From Propionibacteriales bacterium (GTDB taxonomy: Bacteria; Actinomycetota; Actinomycetes; Propionibacteriales; Nocardioidaceae), in NCBI GenBank assembly GCA_038254525.1, contig JBBSGC010000001.1, positions 1-61,946 of the forward strand: 61,946 nucleotides of DNA, written 5' to 3'. Positions 53,615 to 61,818 of the stretch are shown here, one piece after another. The translations under genes were made by a program, and so were the position numbers. Positions within the stretch are counted from its first letter, which is position 1; every line of letters begins with the position of its first letter. The notes beneath the pieces are model-generated. The model worked only from the letters and a program-made list of their open reading frames with translations. It was not told the DNA's origin and made no database searches.

Positions 53615-55433
53615 TGCCAAGGCGGAGACCGACCTCGATGACATGCCGCCTGCGCTCAGCTCGATGTGGCGGCTGATCAAGCTCGGGTACCGCAACGAGC
53701 CGCGGTTGCTGGTGACTGCTCTGGTGCTGTCGCTGCTGGCCGCGTTGCCGGATGCGCTGCTGGCGCTGTGGCTGGCCCTGCTGGGCAAGGGCGTGGTGGA
53801 ACACGACCGGACGCTGGTGCTGGTGGCCGCGGTCGGGATGGGCCTGTCGGTGACGGCGACCTGGTTCCTGCAGACGGTCAGCACCCGCCTGCAGCGCCGC
53901 TTCCGCGACAAGGTGACGATCGCGCTGGAGTCGCACGTGGCCCAGCTTCAGGCGTCGGTGGCCACGATCGCTCACCAGGAACGGCCGGACTACCTCGACC
54001 GGCTCTCGGTGCTGCGCGAGCAGGTCTACGTGCTCGACCACATGTACATGTCCGTGTTCTCCACCTGCGGCTGGATCCTCCGGCTCGCCGTCACGGTAGT
54101 GATGCTGATGTCGATCCACCCCGTGCTGGCGCTGCTCGCCGTCTTCGCGCTGCCGACGGTGCTCACCTCCAGCTGGCGACCGGCGGTCGAGCGGGCCGCT
54201 CAACAGCGGGGCGCCCAGGCCGAGCGGCTGGCCCGGCACCTGTTCGCCACCGCCACGACGGCCGCCTCCGCCAAGGAGATCCGTGTCCTCGGCATCAGCG
54301 AGCGCGTCGCTGCCCGCCGGCGTACCGAGTGGGAACGCTGGTACGCACTGATGTCGCGGGCGCGGTGGGGCAGCGCCGTCTGGCACACGCTGGCGTGGGC
54401 GGTGTTCGGCCTCGGCTACGTGGGCGCCGTCGTCTTCGTCGCGTCGGGGCTGCATGCCTCCTCCACCGCAGTGCTGTTGGTGCTCGCGGCCGGTGCCCGG
54501 CTGTCGGCCTACATCGGCGCCACGGTCGGTGAGATCGGCTTCCTTCGGGGCATCTGGCTCGACGGGTCGAGACGGCTGGCCTGGCTGGAGGACTACGCCG
54601 AGGCGGTCGCCGGCCAGGCCGACCTGCCGGTGCCGGTGCGGCTGACCGAAGGCATCCGCACCGAGCACCTGTCGTTCGCCTACCCCGGGACCGACCGTCT
54701 CGTCCTGGATGACGTCAACCTGGACCTACCCGCGGGCTCGGTCGTCGCCATCGTCGGCGAGAACGGCGCCGGGAAGTCAACGCTGATCAAGCTGCTGTGC
54801 GCGCTGTACGCCCCGACCGGCGGGCGCATCCTCGTCGATGGTGCGGCGCTCGACCGGATGCCGCCGCAGGAGTGGTGCGCTCGACTGGCCGGGGCCTTCC
54901 AGGACTTCTACCGCTTCGAGCTGGTCGCGCAGCAGTCGGTAGGCGTCGGCGACGTCCCACGCGTCGACGACCGCGCCGCCGTGGGCACCGCTGTCGGTCG
55001 GGCCGGCGCCGAGGACGTCGTCGCCCAGCTGGGGCACGGACTAAAGACCCAGCTCGGGCCGACCTGGTCGGAGGGGGTCGACGTGTCCTTCGGGCAGTGG
55101 CAGAAGTTGGCGCTGGCCAGGGGGTTCATGCGCAACGACCCGCTACTGCTGATCCTCGACGAGCCGACGGCCGCCTTGGACGCCGAGACCGAGCACGCGT
55201 TGTTCGAGCGTTACGCCGAGGCCGCCCGGGGCAGCGCCGGACCGGACGGCGCGCCCGTCGACGGACGCATCATGATCTTGGTGTCGCACCGCTTCAGCAC
55301 GGTCCGGATGGCCGACCTGATCGTCGTGCTCGACGGCAACCGGGTCGCCGAAGTCGGCACTCACGACGAGCTCATCGAGGCGGACGGCACGTACGCGTCG
55401 CTCTACGGCACGCAGGCCGCGGCCTACCGCTGA
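53598..55433 (+). CDS. ABC exporter half-transporter (TMD-NBD fusion) with a degenerate signature motif, 611 aa
   Basis: Walker A GENGAGKST, signature VSFGQWQK (SFGQ instead of SGGQ), Walker B LLILDEPT. The ATG is preceded by GAGGAGGGGG and overlaps the upstream gene by 17 nt. Confidence 0.85.
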   Translation: MTSSADAKAETDLDDMPPALSSMWRLIKLGYRNEPRLLVTALVLSLLAALPDALLALWLALLGKGVVEHDRTLVLVAAVGMGLSVTATWFLQTVSTRLQRRFRDKVTIALESHVAQLQASVATIAHQERPDYLDRLSVLREQVYVLDHMYMSVFSTCGWILRLAVTVVMLMSIHPVLALLAVFALPTVLTSSWRPAVERAAQQRGAQAERLARHLFATATTAASAKEIRVLGISERVAARRRTEWERWYALMSRARWGSAVWHTLAWAVFGLGYVGAVVFVASGLHASSTAVLLVLAAGARLSAYIGATVGEIGFLRGIWLDGSRRLAWLEDYAEAVAGQADLPVPVRLTEGIRTEHLSFAYPGTDRLVLDDVNLDLPAGSVVAIVGENGAGKSTLIKLLCALYAPTGGRILVDGAALDRMPPQEWCARLAGAFQDFYRFELVAQQSVGVGDVPRVDDRAAVGTAVGRAGAEDVVAQLGHGLKTQLGPTWSEGVDVSFGQWQKLALARGFMRNDPLLLILDEPTAALDAETEHALFERYAEAARGSAGPDGAPVDGRIMILVSHRFSTVRMADLIVVLDGNRVAEVGTHDELIEADGTYASLYGTQAAAYR

Positions 55434-55771
55434 GTCCGGCTCGATGGGCCGGCCCACAGCGGTGGCAGGGCCGCCACGGCGTCAATGTCGTCCGGCATCT
55501 CGGTCTCCGTCGCGATCCGGTTCCGGCGTTGCGTGCCACACACCACACATCGATGCACCACGGCGAGCCCCTTGCCGTGGCGTTGCGTGAGACCGAGCGG
55601 CTGCATGGCTCCACCGCAGTCGCTGCCGCGATCACCGGGCAACTGACCGTCGACGTGGCACGACCACAGACACCGTGGGCAGTGGTTGCGGTAGCCGCCG
55701 TTCGTGCACGGCGGGACGGACGCCGAGCAGTGCAGGCACACAAATGACGAGTTCTCGTGGCGTCGTGCCAC
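55424..55771 (-). CDS. RNHCP domain zinc-ribbon protein, 115 aa
   Basis: Literal YRNHCPRCLWSCHVD motif plus CLHC and CVVCG cysteine pairs. GTG start preceded by AGGAGG. The 3' end overlaps the convergent ABC gene by 10 nt. Confidence 0.75.
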   Translation of the reverse strand: MARRHENSSFVCLHCSASVPPCTNGGYRNHCPRCLWSCHVDGQLPGDRGSDCGGAMQPLGLTQRHGKGLAVVHRCVVCGTQRRNRIATETEMPDDIDAVAALPPLWAGPSSRTQR

Positions 55772-56201
55772 ACCCGCCTCCTGAGTCTTCGCTGGGAAAG
55801 CGACATGACTCGAAGGCGAAGGGTTCCGTTAGCTCTCTCCGGCGCCTTTCGGCGCGCGGCTCCCGGGCTACGAGCGGGCAGTGACCGATTCACCGCGCAC
55901 GCTTCCGCGCGGCGCGATTACTTCTGATTCCTGCGTCACGGCGAGCCGGTCTGACTCACCGATCAGGACCTCGACCGGCTTTGCTCCACGAAGGTGGCAT
56001 TGTGCCGGCCACTGTCAGCCAGGCATCCCCAGCTGCCATCAGTAGGTGTGGTCCGCCGTCACCGGCGTCGGCGCCGTCCCCTAGGCGGCAGGCGATACAT
56101 GGTGACAACCGGCTAACACAGCCTCACCTCCCTCAGCAGTGACGGCGAAGTGTAAACCGCTGTGGACGCCGTCCCGAAGCGTCCTCTGAACGCACGGAAA
56201 C

Positions 56202-56223
56202 TGTCAGACCGTGGTCATACCTT
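56202..56223 (+). promoter_or_regulatory. RecA-NDp/PafBC-type promoter-like motif TGTCAGAC-N8-TACCTT
   Basis: TGTCR and TAnnnT with the correct spacing. The -10 ends 6 nt before ATG 56230, giving the same leaderless geometry as at 408-437. Confidence 0.4.
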
Positions 56224-56229
56224 CAGTTC

Positions 56230-57547
56230 ATGAAGGCAGCACCAGCCGCGGAGTCGCGGGTTGAGTTGGCGGGGCGGATCGACCGCATCGCCAGTCAGGC
56301 GCGCTCAGTGGCCTGTGGTCAAGCGCAGCTGCTGGTGGAGATCACGGACTTCACCGATGCCCGTCGGTTTGCGGACCGTGCGGCTGGGTCCCCGGTCGAG
56401 TCGGCCGGGTCGCGGGCGGTGGCCGAGGTTGCCCTCGCGCTCCGGGTCACGGCGGCAACCGTGGAGCACCAGGCAATTCTCGGCCGGGCGCTTCGCGACG
56501 ACTTCGCTCAGCTGCTGGCCGCCTGCATGGTCGGCGACGTCACTCTGGCCGCAGCCCGGGTCGTCGTCGAGGAAACCGCAGTTCTCGAACCACTCCAGCG
56601 CCGAGCCCTCGGATGCCGATGTCACGGCGGACGCGTTGTGCATGACGCCGAGCCGGCTGCGCCGGGCGACCCGGCGCCGGGTGCTCCGCGCCGACGCCGA
56701 TGCCGCCGTCAAGCGAGAGGCGCTGGCCCGGGCGAAGCGGTCAGTCCACGCTGTCATGCACGCCGACGGAGTCGGCACGCTGTCGGCACTGCTCTCGGCG
56801 GAGGAGACCGTGCGGTGCTGGCAGGTGTTGGACTCCTACGCCCGCGGCGTGCGGGCGGACGGTGACCCCCGCAGCATCGCGGCGTTGATGGTCGACACCT
56901 TCGTCGAGCGGCTCACCGGCGTCACAAAGTCAGCTCCGCCGGCCATGTCGGTATCGGTGGTGATCTCAGCCGCGGCGCTGTTCGGCGAGGCCACCGACCC
57001 GGCAACGCTCGACGGTTATGGAGCGATCAGTCCAGAGCTGGCGCGGCACCTTATCCATCAGGCCGCGGCCACCGGGACAGTGAGCCTTCGGCGGCTGGTG
57101 TGCGACCCGTTCGACGGCTCGCTGATCCACGCCGACACCGGCCGCCGGCTGGTCGACGGGGAGCTTCGGGCCTTTCTGACGGCCGCCGACGTGCAGGGTT
57201 GCCGGATGCCGGGGTGCGAGGCACCGGTCCGGCACGCCGACCACCTCCAGGCTTGGGTCGACAATGGTCCGACGTCGGGGGCAAACACCCACGGCTTGTG
57301 CGTCGGCTCGCACGTCACTCGCCACCACCGAGGCTGGCGGCTGAGCGAGCAGCCGCACCCGCGGGGTGGGCGTCCCACGGTTGTGTGGCACACCCCGACC
57401 GGTCACACCTACTCGAGTCCGCCGCCCGCGGTGCTCGGGCCCGGCTCGATTCGACACCGGCGTCCTGCCCGACCCAGCGTCCCGCGTGTCGACATCCGAT
57501 GGCCGGCCCCTGCCGACCGCCGGATCGAGCTGCACCTTCGGCGCTGA
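56230..57547 (+). pseudogene. DUF222 / HNH endonuclease (REP13E12-like), disrupted by a +1 frameshift near 56611
   Basis: The N-terminal DUF222 part reads in frame 1 (56230 onward, ...VVEETAVLEPLQRRAL). The rest, including the HNH block CRMPGCEAPVRHADHLQAW...THGLC, reads in frame 2. Removing one G of the GG at 56611-56612 joins ...RRAL to DADVTADAL. Confidence 0.75.
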
Positions 57548-57570
57548 CCCGACCAGCGCTGTCGCAGGAC
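57545..57570. repeat. Right copy of the 26-nt imperfect direct repeat (partner at 51191-51216)
   Basis: See the left copy. It starts on the TGA stop of the HNH pseudogene, 48 nt upstream of the rlmN start. Confidence 0.5.
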
Positions 57571-57617
57571 AGTTGACGTCAGTCGTCGCCGTCGGCGGGC
57601 CGTGGGAGGATGAGGCG

Positions 57618-58733
57618 GTGCCTAAGGCTTTGCCGCTTGCCTTCGACGAGCCGGTCGGCCAACGGAAGCCACCGCGGCACCTCGCCGACCTGACCCCCGA
57701 CCAACGCGCCGACGCAGTCGCCGCGCTCGGCCAACCTCGCTTTCGTGCCCGCCAGTTGTCGACTCACTACTTTGCTCGACTGGTCGACGACCCGGCGCAG
57801 ATGACCGACCTGCCCCAGGCGTCGCGTGATGCGCTGGTGACCGAGCTCATGCCGACGCTCATGACACCGCTGCGGGTGCTGCAGGCCGATGCCGGCGCCA
57901 CCCGAAAGACGCTGTGGCGGCTGTTCGACGGGGCGCTCGTCGAGTCGGTGCTGATGCGCTATCCCGGGCGGGTGACCATGTGCGTGTCCAGCCAGGCCGG
58001 CTGCGGGATGGCGTGCCCGTTCTGCGCGACCGGTCAGGGTGGCCTGCAGCGCAACATGAGCGCGGCCGAGATCGTCGAGCAGGTGGTGGTCGGCGCCCGA
58101 GCGCTCGCCCGCGACGAGGTGCCGGGTGGACCCGGTCGGGTGTCCAACGTCGTGTTCATGGGCATGGGCGAGCCGATGGCCAACTACCGGGCGGTGCTCG
58201 CCGCCGTACGCCGCCTGGTGGAGCCCGCACCGGCCGGTCTTGGCCTGTCTGCCCGCGGCGTCACCGTGTCGACCGTGGGCCTGGTGCCCCGGATGCGCCA
58301 GCTCGCCACCGAGGGGATCCCCGTGACACTTGCGCTGTCGCTGCACGCGCCCGATGACGAGCTGCGCGACGAGCTGGTGCCGATCAACACTCGCTGGCAG
58401 GTCGCTGAGACCGTGCAGGCCGCCTGGGAGTACGCCCGGATCACCAGGCGTCGCGTCTCGATCGAGTACGCGATGATCAAGGACGTCAACGACCAGGCCT
58501 GGCGGGCGGATCTCCTCGGCGATGTGCTGACCTCGGTCGGCGACTGGGCCTGGGTGCACGTGAACCTGATCCCGCTGAACCCGACGCCTGGTTCGCGGTG
58601 GACTGCCTCCCGCCGCCAGGACGAGGCCGAGTTCGTGCGCCGGCTGGAGGCCAAGGGCGTCCCGACGACGGTGCGCGAAACGCGCGGCCGCGAGATCGAC
58701 GGCGCCTGCGGGCAGCTGACCGCACAGGTGTGA
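57618..58733 (+). CDS. rlmN: 23S rRNA/tRNA (adenine-C2)-methyltransferase, radical SAM, 371 aa
   Basis: [11 protein letters not shown] radical-SAM cluster motif and C-terminal [14 protein letters not shown] preceded by GGGAGGATGAGG. Confidence 0.93.
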   Translation: MPKALPLAFDEPVGQRKPPRHLADLTPDQRADAVAALGQPRFRARQLSTHYFARLVDDPAQMTDLPQASRDALVTELMPTLMTPLRVLQADAGATRKTLWRLFDGALVESVLMRYPGRVTMCVSSQAGCGMACPFCATGQGGLQRNMSAAEIVEQVVVGARALARDEVPGGPGRVSNVVFMGMGEPMANYRAVLAAVRRLVEPAPAGLGLSARGVTVSTVGLVPRMRQLATEGIPVTLALSLHAPDDELRDELVPINTRWQVAETVQAAWEYARITRRRVSIEYAMIKDVNDQAWRADLLGDVLTSVGDWAWVHVNLIPLNPTPGSRWTASRRQDEAEFVRRLEAKGVPTTVRETRGREIDGACGQLTAQV

Positions 58734-59297
58734 TCACGACGCATCAGTTCGCTGGGCACCGGAGTCCCACTTGAGTGCTTCCGCCAACGCCGGCAGGACG
58801 ATCCGGTAACCGGTGCCGTTCAAGTGCAGGCCGTCGGCTTCGAATGGATCGTGCTCGCTGTCGGCCAGTGCCTGCGAGGGGTCCAGGAACATCGCGTGGC
58901 CGGCCCCGCAGACCGCACGCGCGGCGCTGCGGTAGGCGACCAGCGCCTCATTGGTCCGGTCGTCCGGACCGAACTCCAGCCGCGGCTCGTGCACGGGTGG
59001 TGGCGCCAGATAGAGCAGCGGTCGCAGCTGGATGCTCTCGACGAACAACCTCAGGTGCGCCGCAAATGTCGACGGCGGAACCCGCTGCCAGGGGGCGGCA
59101 TCGTTGGTTCCCACCGAGACGGCAATCGCGGCCGTGCCGAAGTCGACGGCGGAGTCCTGAGCCAGCAGGGCAGATGAGGTTGCCCCACCGGAGGCCCGAT
59201 TGACGATCCTGAGGCCGGTGAGCCGAGCGAGCTGCTGAGCCCACCCACCGGTGATCCGAGCGAAGTGGCTGTCTCCGAGCAGCAGCAGGGAGGACAC
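58734..59297 (-). CDS. SGNH/GDSL hydrolase family protein, 187 aa
   Basis: Blocks I LLLGDSH, II ASGGAT, III GTNDA and V DGLHLN. GTG start at 59297 (uncertain). The listed 427-aa ORF is a read-through extension antisense to the ATPase gene. Confidence 0.7.
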   Translation of the reverse strand: MSSLLLLGDSHFARITGGWAQQLARLTGLRIVNRASGGATSSALLAQDSAVDFGTAAIAVSVGTNDAAPWQRVPPSTFAAHLRLFVESIQLRPLLYLAPPPVHEPRLEFGPDDRTNEALVAYRSAARAVCGAGHAMFLDPSQALADSEHDPFEADGLHLNGTGYRIVLPALAEALKWDSGAQRTDAS

Positions 59298-59350
59298 GTC
59301 GAGATGGTATGCGCACCTCAGCTCCGGACCACCAGGGTCCAGCGGCGAGG

Positions 59351-60094
59351 TCAGTCCTCGGACAGCAGGTGACGCAGGTAGCGGCCGGGTGCCTCGAGGT
59401 AGCGCTGCCAGTGCTGGACCAGCTCGAGCGCGTCCCAGGTGGTCTCCCGCAGGCCCCACTCGCCGACCTCGAGGATCGTTGCGCCGGGCAGCGCGGCGAG
59501 CACCGGGGAGTGAGTGGCGCAGAGGATCTGCGAGCGCTCGCAAGTGAGTCGGTCCAGGACACTCATCAGCGCGAGCGTCGAGGAGAACGACAGCGCCGCC
59601 TCGGGTTCGTCCAGGCAATAGAACCCGGTCGAGTCGAACCGGGCGCCGAGGAGCTCGAGGAAGGACTCCCCGTGGCTCATCTCGTGGAACCGCGGCTCGT
59701 CTCCATTCGGACTCGGATGCTCCTCCAGGCGGGTGTACCAGCTGTGCATGGTTTCCGCGCGCAGGAAGAATCCCCAACGTCCGCTTCCGATCCCGCGCTG
59801 GAGCCGGATTGCTCGGTGCAGCGGGGACTCGCTCTCCCGTGTGGAATGCTGGCTGAAGCTCGACCCCCCCTCCGGTGACAGGCCGTAGGCGATCGCGATC
59901 GCTTCGACCAGGGTCGACTTTCCTGACCCGTTCTCGCCGACGAGGAACGTGACCCCTCGAGCCAGGTCGAGTCCATCTCGCAACAGCTGGGCGACGGCCG
60001 GGATGTCGGCGGGCCACTGCCCCCGTGGCAGCCGGGAACCGGGATCGGGAACGACCCGGACGATCGGCGGCTGGTCGAAGTCCACGCGCGACAC
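59351..60094 (-). CDS. Stand-alone ABC-type P-loop ATPase (AAA_21/COG3910-like), 247 aa
   Basis: Walker A GENGSGKST, signature-like SHGES, Walker B FYCLDEPEAALS, H-loop CATHSP. No transmembrane or coiled-coil segment. Confidence 0.8.
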   Translation of the reverse strand: MSRVDFDQPPIVRVVPDPGSRLPRGQWPADIPAVAQLLRDGLDLARGVTFLVGENGSGKSTLVEAIAIAYGLSPEGGSSFSQHSTRESESPLHRAIRLQRGIGSGRWGFFLRAETMHSWYTRLEEHPSPNGDEPRFHEMSHGESFLELLGARFDSTGFYCLDEPEAALSFSSTLALMSVLDRLTCERSQILCATHSPVLAALPGATILEVGEWGLRETTWDALELVQHWQRYLEAPGRYLRHLLSED

Positions 60095-60188
60095 CTCAGC
60101 GAAGGTACGGCACCTGCCCCGCCCTCCGGCGGTCGACCATCAGGTAAACCGCTGGTCGCGCTGGCGGCCGGTCAAGCACAGTGGGCGA

Positions 60189-60965
60189 GTGGAACCTCTC
60201 GATACCCGGGCCGCTCGACCGGTTGCGCTGGTCACTGGTGCCAGCCGGCTGGCCGGCATCGGCGCCGCCGTCGCGACCCGGCTGGCCGCCGACGGCTTCG
60301 ACGTGGCGATCACCTACTGGACCGCCTACGACGAGCGGATGCCGTGGCGCAGCCGGACGGCCGATCATGACGAGCTCGAGGGCCGATTGGGCAAGCTAGG
60401 CGCTCAGACGGCCGCGGTGGAGGCAGACCTCAGTGATGTGGCGGCGTCGGCCACTGTCTTCGACCACGTCGAGGCCGAGCTGGGACCGGTCACGGCACTG
60501 GTGCTGTGCCACTGCGAGTCGGTCAACTCTGACCTCCTCGGCACCACCGTCGACAGCTTCGACCGCCACTTCGTGGTCAATGCCCGAGCGTCGTGGCTGC
60601 TGATTCGCGAGTACGCACTGCGCTTCTCCGGTATGCCCGGCAGCGGCCGGATCGTGGCGCTGACCAGCGATGCCACCGCCGGCAACCTGCCGTACGGCGC
60701 GAGCAAGGGTGCTCTTGACCGGATCGTGATCGCGGCCGCCAGCGAGCTGGCCGGTCGAGGCATCAGCGCCAACGTGGTCAACCCGGGGGCGACCGACACC
60801 GGCTGGATGAGTGACCAGCAGCTGCAGGCCACCGCGGAGGCGCTGCCGCTGCGCCGGGTCGGTATCCCTGACGATGCCGCGAACCTCGTGTCTTGGCTGT
60901 GCTCCGCCCAGGGCGGCTGGGTCAACGGGCAGCTGTTGCACAGCGACGGCGGCGCGTCGGCATGA
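60189..60965 (+). CDS. SDR family oxidoreductase, 258 aa
   Basis: VTGASRLAGIGAA cofactor motif and YGASK (YxxxK) catalytic motif. Confidence 0.85.
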   Translation: MEPLDTRAARPVALVTGASRLAGIGAAVATRLAADGFDVAITYWTAYDERMPWRSRTADHDELEGRLGKLGAQTAAVEADLSDVAASATVFDHVEAELGPVTALVLCHCESVNSDLLGTTVDSFDRHFVVNARASWLLIREYALRFSGMPGSGRIVALTSDATAGNLPYGASKGALDRIVIAAASELAGRGISANVVNPGATDTGWMSDQQLQATAEALPLRRVGIPDDAANLVSWLCSAQGGWVNGQLLHSDGGASA

Positions 60966-61818
60966 TGCCCCGTCGGCGCAACCACACGAGCGGACGGATG
61001 CGCTCCAGCGGCAGAAAACTGGTCATCGTGACCAGATGTGGGGCGAAGGAGATCCGGATCGCCAGGATGGTCGCGACGTGGAAGCTGTAGAAGTAGGCCA
61101 CGATCCAGCGCTGCCACTTCTCGTTGACGAAGAACACGATCGGGCTGCTCAGCTCGAAGCCGACGATCATGAACTGTGACGCAGTGAGCAGCCATGGCAC
61201 GCGCAGCAGCAACCGGCCGAGCTCAGTGCCCCGGCGCAGCACTGCCCAGGTCAGCGTGGTGCCCCACAGCCACTCGATGCCGCCGAATCGCAGCTTCGCC
61301 CAGGCGGCCAGGAAGTACGTCGCGATGGCCGCCAGCTGCACCACGCGCATCGCCCAACCGGCTGCAGCGGATCGGCGCGGGTCGCCGTGCGGGGCGACAC
61401 CCACGCTCGGCAGCACGGCCAGCGCGATGATGAAGCCGAACCGGTCATGGTCGACCTTGCCGTAGCTCATCGCGACGAGCATCCACTCGAAGTAGAGCAA
61501 GAACACCGTCCCCCCGAGCAGGCGCGGCGCGCGGCCGGTCGCGGCGAGTGGCGCGAGCACGAGCAGCGCCCAGAACGAGACGCGCACCACGAGCGGTGTC
61601 GGTTCAGGGAACACCGGCAGCAGACGGGCGACGGCCAGCGGCTCGTAGAGGCCGGTGGACACACTGGCCTTGTCCCGCGCCCACGGCGTGATCAGCAGCA
61701 GGTCGACCACGACGAAGGCGTAGACGAGCGTTCGGAGCACCGCCACCCGGGCCAGGGGGACCGGAGCGAACAGCCAGCTCGACAGCCGGCTCGATCGCTG
61801 CGCCATCACCGTCGCCAT
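60922..61818 (-). CDS. Polytopic membrane protein, HTTM-like domain, 298 aa
   Basis: At least 7 hydrophobic helices and an N-terminal LARVAVLRTLVYAFVVVDLL segment like HTTM domains. The family assignment is tentative. The 3' end overlaps the convergent SDR gene by 44 nt. Confidence 0.6.
   Translation of the reverse strand: MATVMAQRSSRLSSWLFAPVPLARVAVLRTLVYAFVVVDLLLITPWARDKASVSTGLYEPLAVARLLPVFPEPTPLVVRVSFWALLVLAPLAATGRAPRLLGGTVFLLYFEWMLVAMSYGKVDHDRFGFIIALAVLPSVGVAPHGDPRRSAAAGWAMRVVQLAAIATYFLAAWAKLRFGGIEWLWGTTLTWAVLRRGTELGRLLLRVPWLLTASQFMIVGFELSSPIVFFVNEKWQRWIVAYFYSFHVATILAIRISFAPHLVTMTSFLPLERIRPLVWLRRRGIMPTRRRRCATAAR

Noticed and set aside
55772-55960. Zur box or other metal-regulator operator upstream of the Cys-rich RNHCP gene
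   Set aside because: There is no AT-rich palindrome of the TGAAAATGATTTTCA type. Only GC-rich local hairpins are present.
58734-60017. 427-aa minus-strand ORF treated as a single protein
   Set aside because: Only the C-terminal 187 aa show SGNH blocks. The N-terminal part is out of frame but overlaps the well-supported ATPase gene (59351-60094) and is Arg/Pro-rich. It was split into the SGNH gene (58734-59297) plus a spurious extension.
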